Shown one piece after another: positions 26,289 to 40,146 of a stretch of 64,000 nt of DNA. A program made the position numbers and the translations under genes. Numbering within the stretch: position 1 is the stretch's first letter; each line of letters starts with the position of its first letter. The notes below the pieces were generated by a model, which did no database searches, was not told the origin of the DNA, and saw nothing but the letters and a program-made list of their open reading frames with translations. The stretch is from Hormiphora californensis (taxonomy: Eukaryota; Animalia; Ctenophora): positions 8,618,001 through 8,682,000 of the forward strand of contig CM035350.1 of the NCBI GenBank assembly GCA_020137815.1, given 5' to 3'.

Positions 26289-26890
26289 GGTACCAAGAAA
26301 CGTTAGATGATTCAAAAAAAGGAAATTAAAACTGTACGTGGTCAATAGACGATTTCAAAGCAAAAAATAGGAAATTATAACAGAGAGATTTAAAGGAAGG
26401 GAGAGAGATATATGGATCAAGTAAGAGAGAGAGAGAGAAACAGAGATATATGGATCAAGTAAGCGAGAGAGAAATAGAGGCCACAAGGCAGCTTGTAGTA
26501 GACATTAGGTCGCAGTTGTGTCGACTAATCAGATAACAGGGCTAACTAGTAGCAGCAGGGATTCCCGTTTATAGAAATAGTTGTGGTTTTTTTCTCGCTG
26601 CATCACTACGTCTAGATGAGAGCATCTCACGAGTTGTAATGCACCGCCACCACCACAAGCAGAGCTACTACAAATCACGTGTAGTACTCGAGGTTTCCCA
26701 GTAGGCTACAACAACTAGGATGATATATAATCTCTAAATTGGTGAGCGCAAATCCGCAATTCATATGGCGGTAAACATATATATTTTATCGTTATCTATA
26801 TCTATTGGCTAAAAATTATATGAGCAGATGATATACAATATCATATATTATGTGCACGGGGGTTCCGTTTGAAGATCACTTGTTGAAGTA

Positions 26891-27300
26891 CAGGGTGTTC
26901 ATTTTGGATCTTTACAAGCGTTGGGCTTCACCCAGAAAAAAGTTGACAAAATAAGCTTATGAAACTTCATCAAAATGTAAATTTTTGAGCCGTTTTAGAG
27001 TCTTTCCAGCCACTTTTTTCGAAATTCTGAGACCGAAAAACACATCCAATCATCATAAAACTTTGTATTGGGTTTGACATAGAAAATACCCAAAAAACAT
27101 TTTAGCAAAGTCTCAGCACCAGCAAAAAATTCCTTCTGGTAGCTTTGATGCCAAAAACACACTTCCCGGGGTGCTAGAGCTCTGAAAACACCAGGAACCT
27201 TAAATGAGGGTATAGAATAGTCCAAGTATCATAAGCTAATTTTGTCAACTTTTTCCTGGGTGAAGCCCAACGCTTGTAAAGATCCAAAATGAACACCCTG
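26891..27300. mobile_element. 410-bp Tc1/mariner-type MITE
   Basis: ~70-bp TIRs starting CAGGGTGTTCATTTTGGATC and ending GATCCAAAATGAACACCCTG, with TA on both sides. Confidence 0.9.
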
Positions 27301-27771
27301 TATGTATCTACAACCCTGTATGTATCTACAACTCGAAGTAATACAACTGTATTTTGGACGTATCTTTATGATCTATATTTTCTAATTTCTGGGAGACCGC
27401 AAATGGACTTAAGAGAGCCAGGGAAAACAGACCTTAGTGAATTAGCGCAAATTGTCAGACGAGATGTTTCCCATTTTAGATCCTCCTTTCTTCAGAGAAG
27501 GAGCGATAAGGAACTTAACTCAAGGAATGAAGACTTAAATGATCAGTCGCCCTTGAATGTCGACTTTCGACCAAGTGATATGGAAGCGTCCAGCTGATAG
27601 CGGTTTTGACTTATGTGTGTTTTATATTTAAATGCGATAGTTTAGTATCGCAGCTTATAGGGAGAGATTCAAAATGGCATGATTTTAGATATAAATATTC
27701 TCTCCCTATAAAATCTCCGTATAATCTCCCTATACATATTATAAAATCTCCCTATAAAATCTCTCCCTATA

Positions 27772-27831
27772 AGTTATGTAACTTCTTTATTTCTGGTATA
27801 TAACTACCAGAAATAAAGAAGTTACATAACT
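27772..27831. repeat. Perfect 27-bp-arm hairpin with a 6-nt loop
   Basis: AGTTATGTAACTTCTTTATTTCTGGTA-TATAAC-TACCAGAAATAAAGAAGTTACATAACT. Confidence 0.9.
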
Positions 27832-28907
27832 AAGTTTCGGCTAAAATAACTATACAGAGGTAAGTAAGATTTACACCAAATACCAAGTACTGCCGATTAA
27901 GCTGTCCCTGATCGTCTACTACTGCCAAATGGGACCCGGTGTGTAGTAACAATACAATAATGAATCATATAATACAGTGGGGCCTCGTATGTGTGTGCAC
28001 ATAGACAGGGACCAAAGAAAAGATGAGGGGGCAATTTGATGAATAGTGTCATACATTATAGAGACCATGCTACATGCAGTACATAACTGAGGGTCAAATC
28101 GCTACAATGCCACTACGTGAAATTGCGAGTCATGGTGTGTGGTGACTGATTATAGATCCGGGCCAGGACCTGTGACTAATTAGACTTCTTTGATCTGATA
28201 GAGCTGGAGGGCAATAAAGTCATATCATTTGTCAGTACAAGGAGTTTGGCAAATTGTGCAAGGAAATGAAGGATACACATGTAACACATGTAGACGCCAC
28301 ATGTGTAATAGAGTGTTCTACAGGCCACAGGTTATATCTGCAGAGTTCTTCTCTTCCCACCCATTCAGATTGGACTGTATAGTTTAGCCAGCTAACTAAT
28401 ATAGGATAATAGAGCGATAGAGAGAGAAGATAAGAGCGATAGATAAAGAGAGAAGATAAGAGCGGCCAGTTTCTCTTCTCATTGAAACCATTCTAACTTC
28501 TAGTACCACAATAATTATATCATTACCGCAAGGACTGGATCAGATCAGAACTGCGGGAAAAAAGATATAAAGACTGTAACAGAGCTGCAGCAGGGGAACA
28601 GGAATGAAACAAAGATCGGACTGTAACTCTTCATATCAATTGTTTTGGGAAACAATTACCCTCCGTGACCAGTCACTAACCACTTACCTTTTTTCTTTTC
28701 AGGAGCGCTCAAGACAGGCATGCTGCATGCGTTCCAAAATGTTCTAGAAATCATTTACAGTTCCGGTATTTTGGCTATTTAATTATGACTCTCTTTCCTG
28801 TCCCACGTAAAATGCATACATCATAATCGAATAAGATTACAAAATACTGATAAGAAATCAGCCCATAGCGACCGGGCCCGCTCACACGTTTCCCTGACAA
28901 CACATAC

Positions 28908-29017
28908 CTGCGAAGATTGTTCCAGTGATTCGGTTCCATGACAACGAACTGTCTTTTCTTGTACTCTCTGTTCATATCCTTGAATATCTGGACTGCTTTA
29001 TATGCTGCAAACGCCAT
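28908..29017 (-). CDS. Candidate alternative Kv first exon N: MAFAAYKAVQIFKDMNREYKKRQFVVMEPNHWNNLR
   Basis: 110 nt (3n+2), donor AG|GTATGT, acceptor-like CTATCATTTTAG 18 nt upstream, ball-like composition. Confidence 0.7.
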
Positions 29018-30666
29018 TATTTTATCTTTTTAGTCCTAAAATGATAGGGTTCAGTTAGGTTTGAGTACATTGCTTATTTGGTGAACGCATTGTGTGTGTG
29101 GGTTTTTGTATTGAAAACAAGAAAGTTAGAAAGCGGAACGAAGATCGAAGACCTACGCAGTGTTAGTAACTCAACAAAACCCAAATGAAAGCTAAGGACA
29201 ATAGAAAAACCTATCACCGGCGGAAATAACAAATCGATTGTAAGATTGTAGAGAAGGTTTGTTTTCTGGGAGACAGCTATTAGAGAAGGCATTTTCCGTC
29301 TAGTATCAATAATGGCGATCGAAATATCGAAATCATTAGTCATATGGAAAATCCTATTTGTTAGGGGAGACATGCATTAGTGATTAAATAATTTACAGTG
29401 GAGTCTGCCGCTGAAACGAATTTTAATATGCATGAAAGACTAACAAACGTTGTAAGGTTTTTTCCAAGAAAAACAAGGTATATATGAGTCTGGGTAGCCT
29501 AGATGAAAGATACCGTAATGGGATAATACCCCACGCAGTAATTACTAAAGTTTAACATAGCTCTGAAGCTAATGATTTAAACAAATGAAGACAGACAGCT
29601 GAATCCCGGTGAGACTTTTGGAAGATAAAATTAGTTTTTTGAGAGACAGCTCTTAGGGAATGCATTGTCAGTCTGCTGCAGTACTAGTGCCACTACGTCA
29701 ATGTGTCGCACTTCGACAAGAAGACGGAAATAGGATGCCAGACAATGACCAACACACTCACACCTTGCATCACGAAGATCTGGCTGTGGTGTTATAGTAC
29801 CAGGATTTTTGTACCGTTACGGAAATGGAATGATGAAACAAATAATTCACATTGGACTTCTGAGGAATCAGGAGCTTGTCAGAGGCATTGGAGTTACAGC
29901 AAAGTTGACAGTATGTTGAGCGAAGAACTAGCAGTGGAGCCATCAAAAATGATACCACAGGCTCAAACAAGCTTGAATGGTTCATTCAATGATTCATTTC
30001 TCGGGTGGCTTTGAAGCTTCATGAAGGATTGAAGGATTGCAAGGACATGAAGCAAGGAATTTAAGTGCATCTCCACGAGGATATTATTTATCTTACCAGG
30101 TCATCAGATAGTTCTATGACCCGAATAATTGGAATACAATGGGTTCACACATGTATAGCAACACTGTATCCCGACTGGCCGACTACTCGATGAGTCATCA
30201 TATAACGTGACTTTGATATCATTGAATGAAATAAGTAACAAAGTCACGTTGTATACCTCACACTCCCATGGTAAGTCGTGTTTTGTCCCATTCAAATGGA
30301 AGAGCATTTCCAAACATGAAAAGCCCTGAGCTATGCAAACTAAGGAAGGGCTACTGCCCTACTAATGATAATCATAATGAAGGGGTATTGGGATGTTTCA
30401 ATGATTTTTCATTGTCCAAGTCAGTAATCAGTATATATGCCGCCCCTACCGACCTATAGAGTACTATAGGGCTGTATTTGCAACCATTTCTAATTACTCA
30501 ATCGCGATTGGTCCCTGTGTGAGATTGAAGTTACGTCATAGCTTCATACAACTGCCTCCCTGCTAGTTGCTGATAGAGTTACCGCGTCACGTCTGATCAA
30601 ATCCAGGTCCACTGTTATACAACTAGTAGGAGTACCAAGGTAATCTGAGATTCCCTGCCGACACAC

Positions 30667-30722
<56 letters not shown>

Positions 30723-31034
30723 TCAGAAGAGTAGCAGCAGAAATAGTAGTCTTTCTGACCTAATTTTCTAGTATCGGCTGAATCGATTTCAGTACTGATC
30801 TAGACTACCTTTATAGTGCAATGACGAAGATTGGTGCTAAGAAATTCTGCTATTTGCAAATCAGGAATTTCATACAGCATCCGATACACATGTTTTGATA
30901 TCTAATACACGCCGTTCATCGTTCATTGGGTTCTATAAAATTCAGTAGATGGTCGTGTGCACGTCTGCGATTCACAAGCAAGCCCTTCTTTTTTTGTTAT
31001 ATTCACACCATGTCTCTCTCTCTCTCTCCCTCTT

Positions 31035-31125
<91 letters not shown>

Positions 31126-31986
31126 CAAACGTGATTGCGCTTCACTTGATGTCCGTCAATGTCACGCAAAGTGCACATAACTCATCCCATGTACATATTT
31201 CCTTCTCGGCTTGTTAGTTCCAGAATCTTGTTATGTGTCCCACTGTCGCTCTCAATTCAGTGCCATAGAAAAATAGAGAGAGGGAGTGAGAGAGAGAGAG
31301 GGGGAGAGAGAAAGATAAATTAATAGAAGAATGTCCCGCCATGTGCATCTAGCATGTCCTCATGTTCGCAACGAGCATTCCGCATACTTGTTTACTCTTT
31401 TGATTTCTACATAATTGAGCTCTGACCTCTTAGCATCTTTTGTGTCCCTCCAGCTCCACCACTAAATCCCCGAGTCTTGTTATGTTGTTCCCTTTCTTCA
31501 ACAATTCTGTTGTGTCCCTCAACTTCATAGGCATAGAATCACTAGAAAATTTGATCTAGAACTCCGTGCTTTAGAACCTTTCGAACCACACACTTTCCGG
31601 TGTGTTTCACAGGCAGCAAGCGGTCACTAGAACTGTGAATCTACGATAGCACGCATAGATCACGTGGGCAGTGTATCACGTGACTGGCACTATGTTTCAG
31701 TGAATAGAGCGGTAGTGTGTTTTGATATGTGTTAGTCTAATAGCTCCGTTTCTTTTTATGCCTATCCTACTACTAGCTTGTTGAATGTAGAGAACTGACA
31801 ATTGTTGTTGATGCAGCGGGTTGATGATGCTTGTTGTAATGGAAATATAGCTTCCTCAACTTTGATATCTTTTGGACTTCCATTATCTCTAAATATCCCC
31901 ATCCTGTGACGCCCACGATCCTTCTCTAAATCCCTCCACATCATCTCTCTCTCTCTCTCTCTCTTTCTCTCTTTCTCTCTTCTCTC

Positions 31987-32017
<31 letters not shown>

Positions 32018-32033
32018 CTCATCTCTCTCTCTC

Positions 32034-32179
<146 letters not shown>

Positions 32180-32225
32180 TCCCTCTCCCTGTATTATCTC
32201 CCTAACAGCTCAAGGATTCATTATC

Positions 32226-35200
32226 ATGCTCCAAGTGATTCCTCCCCTTCCTCGTTGCAACATCACTACTTCTTTTGAACATCGCAAGCTGGACCGGTTT
32301 CCTGGCCTCGATCAAGGATATCCTTCCCATTTTGGGTTGTCCATCGCCCTGACACCGGACCATGTCACTTCGGTCGCTCACCATCTTAACTTTCTCCTCA
32401 TCGCCCTTCCCTCAGAGTTACAGGCTCCCCTTTGGAACTCATTCGGTATGAACCACAATCATCTTAGGAGCACCACCGTGTGTTGTTGTACTGTCCGATG
32501 GTTTGGTTCAATTGTCAACTGTGTTGTTGTCCAAGTTTTGTTCAAATTGTTACGTCACTTCTATGTCGTTCTAGCAAGTGAAGTGCTTAATATAATAAGT
32601 ATGATCTGAGAGCTTTCGTAATCCGTGCCCCTGCCCCATTTAAAGAGACCTCTCCTAACCCGTACCCCTCCCCACAAGAAGTCCTAACCCGTGTCTTCGT
32701 TCCCCAGGTTATCTGGCCCACTTGAAGGAGTCAAAGGAAGAGTCTGACGGGTATTTCAGGGCAGTACTACGGCTAGATCCCAACAACATTGTAGCCACCT
32801 CCAATAGCCAATTGCTGGTCTTGAGGAACTTTAATGACAAAAAACTCCGTAAAAAAGTCTAAACTAAAAATTGAATGCCCCCCCTATCAATAAAACCCCC
32901 CCCTAGCCCTTATCAATAATACCCCCCCCCCCCCTAGAAAGAGAAAGAGAGAGGGTGAGGTGGAAGGAAGGGGGGGTATGGTGCCAAGCAAGTCACCGAG
33001 AAAATATACCCGCTAGCCCAGTTTCTGGCCCTTTTTTACTTTACACAGGTACAGGCTGGACTTGCCAATACAGGTTTATTGCTTGTATGAAAAGGAAAAA
33101 TAAAATTAATCCCGTGGGTTTTTTTCATGTTTGGGAAGTCAGCAACTCTCCTGAAATGGCTCTACTTTTTAAACTCGCAGAAAGTGTGGGGGAGGATATA
33201 TCTCGTTTTGACATCCCGCCAATCTCAGGTCTATGTCAAGCTGCGTTATTTCATCTAAAGACAGCCTTATCGATCGACCCGAACTCGGCCCTGCCGATTC
33301 TTTTCACTTTTTTTCCCCAGTATCCCACCGTAAACACAAAAAATACAATATCGAAATCGTAGTAATTTTTAAATTTTAGAAACCTAATTTTTTTTTGACC
33401 CCGGAAACGCCAAAAAATTACAAATTTACAGTTGAGACCGTAAGAAAATCATTAATGTCGTTACAACAAGAGTTAGGTTACCAGACAGAAGCCTATGACT
33501 GTCGTGACCTAAAGTATCTCCACTAACAACAAATTTTTTAGGATTGACTTACCTCCCCAAAAACAAGTCTCTCCCCTCTTCAAACCCTTTTCCGTCCCCG
33601 AATCCCGGCCATCCCCCCTCCTTGAATACCTAACATGGCTATTGGAAACTAAGGCAGCCTATCTGGGACGGAATGAGCTTTTAAAGCTGATGGGTTATTC
33701 CCGGGAAACCCCCGGGGACGGGAAATTTGCCCAATGCTTATCTAATGAAACCTAAGGGCCGGGGATTTATCCCCGGTTGACTCTTATCAGTCAGCCTTGG
33801 AACTTGCAACCAGGTGAGAGGGGAGAGGGGAACGAAAGTGGGGAAAGAAAATAAATAAGGGGGGGGGTCTTAATGGGCCTTTTTTTACTTTTATTTATTT
33901 TTAATTTTTGAATTTACCAATTAAAAATTCAAAGTGGCCCAAGGATTCCCAAAAAAGCTGATTCAAAAGGGGCGGTTAGTTAGAGTTATTTGTTAGACTC
34001 TTTTTTAGCGGGGAAGCTGATTAAATGTAGACAAGGGGAAAAAGCAAGCTTTTCCCTGGGTTTTTTTTTAACCCCACAACTTATCATCTCAAAACTCCCC
34101 TTTCTCAGGACCCTCCCGGTTTTGTATCGGGGCCGTGTCATTTTCCCCTTGCATTTCCTAAAAGTTAAAACAAAAAGGGGATTTTGACGCACATAAAAAA
34201 CACGATAAAGACCCGGGTTCTTCGGGGCCTTTCAACACTCATGCACTCCAAACAGGAAACGATAACGAACAAAACCCCTCTAACCCCTTTTGGCCCCCTG
34301 GAAAGGGGGGAAATATTTTTTTTCTTTTCCAAAAATTAACAGAAAAGGGAGAGATCCCGGGGGCCGGTACTTTTTTAACGTAGGGGAGATACCATGGCCC
34401 TTATTTTGGTGCCTTTTTCTTTTTTTCTCCTTTTCCTTTCCTACCCTTTTTTTCCCACATTGGCCCCTTTTCCCCCTTTTTTCCCCTTCTCTCTCTCTCC
34501 TCCCCTCTCCTCTCCCTCTCTCCTCTCTCTCTCCCCCCTTCTTTTCTCCTCTCCCCTTCCCTTTCGTCCTCCCTCTCTCCCCCCTCTCTCTCTCTCTCCC
34601 CCTCTCCCCCCCAAATCATAGCGTTCGCCCTTATGTTTAATATGGATATCTCCCTTTTCCCTCACAATATTTTCTCTATAATTTGCAGCCCCAATCTTTC
34701 ATTGCCGCCCCTCCCCAAAAAATTTTCGCACACAAAAATGCGATAATGCTGAAAATTTTTTGGGTAACACAAAAAATTAAAACCCCAAGCCCAGATTTTC
34801 CCACGGCTAAAGGGCCCTACTCATAATGCTATAAAAATTTGGGGTTTAATGACCCCTAAAATATGGGGCCTTTTGGTATTTTACAAAAAAAATTTTACAG
34901 TATTACGGAGAAGATATCTACTCCGGAATCCGGGCTGAACTTTTTAATCTCAGCTACAAGCAATCTCATTCTGTGAATGCAAAAATTCACAAGAACACGC
35001 CACAATCCCATGCAGACGTTTGCAATTCAATCCAAACCGCGAGTACCCCCGTGGCCAAGAAATCTTGGCACCGTCTTGAAGGATTGTGGGAGCGAGGAGG
35101 GTAATAAGATACTACACGACCGCAACCCCAGCCTGTCCCGATTGGATAATCGTTTATTAGATCCATGTCCCATCTTCGCCACCTCTACCACCAACTACCT

Positions 35201-35780
35201 CTCCGCCTTGTCGCCTCTCCTTGTCAACCCCCCCCCATATTTACCCCTGCCACACGCCCTACATCCACACCTCCTAAACTTCCTTTCTAGTTTCTACCTC
35301 AACTCCCATTCCACCACTTCTTCCCCACCTAGGTTGTGATCGAGGAGACACAGCATGAAAGTAAAGCAGAACGAGGCGGTATAGCAGTGTTACCAGTTCA
35401 GAGTATAGAGGCTGCTAGCTGTTACTCAGGTACCTTAGACACTTGACAGGCTATAACACTGTCCCTTGCAGCTGTGCTAACACAGAATACAGATGCTCAA
35501 CTGCGAGGGTAATTTATAAAATCAACACCCTAGACCCTATTTCGCGGGCGGAGCTGGCGAAAAGAGGGTCGAGCTAGGCAATGCGAGGGACAGTGTACCA
35601 TGTCATTTAAGGCGCTGACATTGTCAAGGTAGACACAATGAGTAGAACAGTAGGGGCGGGATAAAGTATTGCTGCTAGCTGTTACTCTATGACCGGTGAT
35701 TAATCACCACAAGCTCTCTCTCATTGTACATAACTTAGCGGTAATTATCCCCTGAGTTCTTATAATATCCTTGGCCTTCT

Positions 35781-35847
<67 letters not shown>

Positions 35848-38800
35848 CGCGACAACAACATCAACTGTCACATATTAACACACATATTGACATCCCCTCT
35901 AGGAAGATCCAAGTTCTCGGCACGGCACAGGAATTCCCCACGAGGATCTGAAGCGATCACAGATTCAGGGGGTCAAAGTGCAGTAGTGGATGAGCAGCAG
36001 CAGGAACTAATGGCAATCGATCCTAACGTTATGGAGATATTCGAGCATGTCAGGTGAGTTGTGTTGGACAGGTTATACAGTAGGAACTCACGAGTTGCAA
36101 ACCAAACAGAGGTCAGACATTGTCAGACAGGGGGAGTCACTTATACCTCTTATTGTTATAAGAGGTCTGATGAATGGTGGTGAAGTGGAAGGATTAACTA
36201 AGTAGCAGCTACTTAGTTCTGGCAGCGAAGTAACCATGTTAACACTTCACCACCTCTATACCGCAACTCTTTCAGCAGAACTATTTTCAGAAAATAATAA
36301 AGCATGGCAATATATTATCATGAATTATAGCATAATAGCAATAATTCCGGGAATATGTTAAACGGATGCAGTATAAGTAGCTGAAGTAATAATTTTGACA
36401 CGTGCAACATGAAAACCGCATGGTGGCGTTATGTCTAAGAAATGCAGTAGGATGTGAGATGACTTGGCCTTTGAGTGAGTGGGAGAGATATGGAAAGAGA
36501 GAGGAGAGAGATAGAGAGCGAGCGCCCGAGAGAGAGAAACTGAGTGTCAGGAATAGCACGGAAATAGATACCCAAGTGATATGCTAGAGTGTGATGGGCG
36601 TGAGATCTTTCTAACAATGCAAGTCATGTCAAGTGTACTTATAGTATGACGTGGGACTTCCTCGTTCCTCAAGGTGTGATCCATTATATAGGTCACAGAC
36701 ATATATTGTCGTCTGTCATCAAATATATCCATTAATTCTGGCGCCACAGCCCCGATCCCAGCAGGGCTCGAGATAAATTGGGTATGAGATTCCCTGACTT
36801 ACTTTCCCATCCCTATATCTTCCTTTCACCACACTCCTTACATTCTTGTTGAGTACCCTAATCCACACTCCTTACATTCTTGTTGAGTACCCTCATCCAC
36901 ACTCCTTACATTCTTGTTGAGTACCCTCATCCACACTCCTTACATTCTTGTTGAGTACCCTCATCCACACTCCTTACATTCTTGTTGAGTACCCTCATCC
37001 ACACTCCTTACATTCTTGTTCAGTACCCTCATCCACACTCCTTACATTCTTGTTGAGTACCCTCATCCACACTCCTTACATTCTTTTTGAGTACCCTCAT
37101 CCACATTCCTTACATTCTTGTTAAGTACCCTCATCCACACCCCTTACATTCTTGTTGACTACCCCCAACCAAACTCCTTACATTCTTGTTGACTACCCTC
37201 ATCCACACTCCTTACATTCTTATTGAGTACCCTCAGCAACACTCCTTACATTCTTGTTGAGTACCCCCATCCACACTCCTTATATTCTTGTTGAGTACCC
37301 TCATCCACACTCCTTACATTCTTGTTGAGTACCCTCATCCACACTCCTTACATTCTTGTTGAGTACCCTCATCCACACTCCTTACATTCTTGTTGACTAC
37401 CCTCATCCACACTCCTTACATTCTTGTTGACTACCCTCATCCACACTCCTTACATTCTTTTTGAGTACCCTCATCCACATTCCTTACATTCTTGTTAAGT
37501 ACCCTCATCCACACCCCTTACATTCTTGTTGACTACCCCCAACCAAACTCCTTACATTCTTGTTGACTACCCTCATCCACACTCCTTACATTCTTATTGA
37601 GTACCCTCAGCAACACTCCTTACATTCTTGTTGAGTACCCCCATCCACACTCCTTATATTCTTGTTGAGTACCCTCATCCACACTCCTTACATTCTTTTT
37701 GAGTACCCTCATCCACATTCCTTACATTCTTGTTAAGTACCCTCATCCACACCCCTTACATTCTTGTTGACTACCCCCAACCAAACTCCTTACATTCTTG
37801 TTGACTACCCTCATCCACACTCCTTACATTCTTATTGAGTACCCTCAGCAACACTCCTTACATTCTTGTTGAGTACCCCCATCCACACTCCTTATATTCT
37901 TGTTGAGTACCCTCATCCACACTCCTTACATTCTTGTTGAGTACCCTCATCCACACTCCTTACATTCTTGTTGAGTACCCTCATCCACACTCCTTACATT
38001 CTTGTTGACTACCCTCATCCACACTCCTTACATTCTTGTTGACTACCCTCATCCACACTCCTTACATTCTTTTTGAGTACCCTCATCCACATTCCTTACA
38101 TTCTTGTTAAGTACCCTCATCCACACCCCTTACATTCTTGTTGACTACCCCCAACCAAACTCCTTACATTCTTGTTGACTACCCTCATCCACACTCCTTA
38201 CATTCTTATTGAGTACCCTCAGCAACACTCCTTACATTCTTGTTGAGTACCCCCATCCACACTCCTTATATTCTTGTTGAGTACCCTCATCCACACTCCT
38301 TACATTCTTGTTGAGTACCCTCATCCACACTCCTTACATTCTTGTTGAGTACCCTCATCCACACTCCTTACATTCTTGTTGAGTACCCTCATCCACACTC
38401 CTTACATTCTTGTTGACTACCCTCATCCACACTCCTTACATTTGCAGGTACGCGTGTTTGTTGGACCCTCACAACGCGTCCCAGTTGTCCCTGCTCACCG
38501 AGATTCTCATCCTAGTGCCATCGGATCGAGCTGGCAATAGCGTACCTGCATGAAACACTACGGACGATCATCAGGTAAAGTTGACCATGTACTGCTAGGC
38601 TGTATTCTAGACTATATTCTAGGCTTTGATCGGTGTTGTACTACTACTAGAACAACTTTTCAGGCGGGGAGAAAGTGCACACATATCTGAAACTAGCGAC
38701 ATGTTACGTAGAGCAGCGTAACGGGGACCAGGCCTCCAAATACCTCAGACTCTTCCGAACTGAGGGTGGTGTGGAGGGGGAGGTGTTTACTAATCTGTGT

Positions 38801-39022
38801 GTCAGGGTGGCAGACATTAGTTTGAAGCAGAAAGAACCTGCCATTGCCCGGGAGTGGATTCACGTTATGGAGGAAAAGGGTCACCCGAGTTGTGAGCACT
38901 TTGTACAGAGACTAAAGAGGATAGTTGGGAGCAAGGATAAACATCTGCTAGATACCCTGGCCCATGATAACAGGGGGAATAGAAACAGAAAGGGACTTGG
39001 AGTGAGACGCTCCCGGGGGTAA
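32226..39022 (+). CDS. TPR-repeat protein, TTC22/IFIT-like; fragmented model. Exons approx. 32226-32445, 32708-~32810, ~33200-33330, ~34901-35150, 35903-36053, 38448-38574, 38664-39022
   Basis: Splicing 32445 to 32708 gives 'YPSHFGLSIAL...PLWNSFGYLAHLKESKEESDGYFRAVLRLDPNNIVATSN', a TPR repeat preceded by an HF motif like the TTC22/IFIT N-terminus. Further TPR-like pieces are 'AALFHLKTALSIDPNS', 'YACLLDPHN' and 'KVHTYLKLATCYVEQRNGDQASKYL'. The middle exons lie in garbled sequence and carry frameshifts. Confidence 0.55.
36829..38441. repeat. Intronic 34-bp minisatellite (~47 units, CACACTCCTTACATTCTTGTTGAGTACCCTCATC) with higher-order structure
   Basis: Directly visible. The variant unit ACCCCCAACCAAACT recurs at 37161, 37535, 37773 and 38147. 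Confidence 0.97.
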
Positions 39023-39160
39023 CCATATGAACACTATACCCAGCTATAATTTATTGAATTGGTAGATATTCAGTGCATGCTCTGTGACTAGCCGTAGCTA
39101 TTGGTAGTTGGGGTGATAGTTGTGAGCGGAACAATACAGCCCCCTTTTATAGTAACTTAA

Positions 39161-39610
39161 AGGTTGACAAGATACCTAAAACTTTTCGTATATCGTCTTA
39201 TTTTGATTTATCATTAATTTTCAGCATTTTTTCAGAATTTTTTGTCGGCTAGAAAAAAATTCGAAATAGGGGGTCTACCGATATTGTCAGCACTGGTTTT
39301 ACTGGGCACACTCACTGCGTCTCGCAAATTGAAATTCACGTTTCCGGTTCCTCAAAAGATAAAGACTTGATCTTGGTTGCGTTGGATTGGTCTCAATAAG
39401 ACCTTTCCAACGCTACCAAAACGGTTTCTGTATCTCATCAGGAACCGGAGATATTACGTTATCAATTTAAAAAAAGGCACACTCATTTGTCAGTAGACCC
39501 CCTATTTTGCACATATTTCTAGCCGACAAAAAATTCTGAAAAAATGCTGAAAATTAATGATAAATCAAAATAAGACGATATACGAAAAGTTTTAGGTATC
39601 TTGTCAACCT
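39161..39610. mobile_element. 450-bp non-autonomous DNA transposon with TTAA TSD (Kolobok-like ends)
   Basis: TTAA|AGGTTGACAAGATACC ... GGTATCTTGTCAACCT|TTAA, with ~95-bp near-perfect TIRs. AGG...CCT termini fit Kolobok better than piggyBac (CCC...GGG). Confidence 0.85.
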
Positions 39611-40146
39611 TTAATACGACTTTTGAAGCTGAGTATTAGATGAAGCGAATTATGTACATTTACATTTTATATTTTCCAACTTGCTAACTAAGCTTGCATA
39701 AGAGTTCACAAGTACAACATAAACACACACCTGTCCTCTCTCTCTCTTTCCGCCAAGGAAACGCAGCGATCCATGTTTTCACAACACATTAGTAGCGACA
39801 CCGTGACAAGATCCAGCGCGGTATAATATGTCTCAAGTTTTCATAAACAATCTCTAAAACAATCTCGGTGTTTCAGGTGGTGTCGACGAAATATTGTTCA
39901 AACTGCAGAGTTTCGGAGTTTTTTCAGCAGGAAGAAATTGATACAACAACATGGTGCAGCAGCAAGTATTCTGAAAATTGAAAAAAGACCTTTGAAGTTT
40001 CCTCTAATGTCCGACTCTGCAGTGGTTAGTCAAGTCACACATATCCATTTTTCCACAAAGACGTAGCAGGTTAAATAAAAAATTCACGAACTAGCTGTCT
40101 AGACATGTCTATGATCTGACTGAATCTCACACAGACTCTTGTGTTC

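Noticed and set aside
32830-34900. Homopolymer-rich ORFs (e.g. 33986-34665)
   Set aside because: The inflated A/T/C/G runs look like low-quality read sequence and are not interpretable.
36829-38441. 34-bp repeat array resembling a CRISPR
   Set aside because: The units are head-to-tail with no unique spacers, there are no cas genes, and the array lies in a eukaryotic intron.
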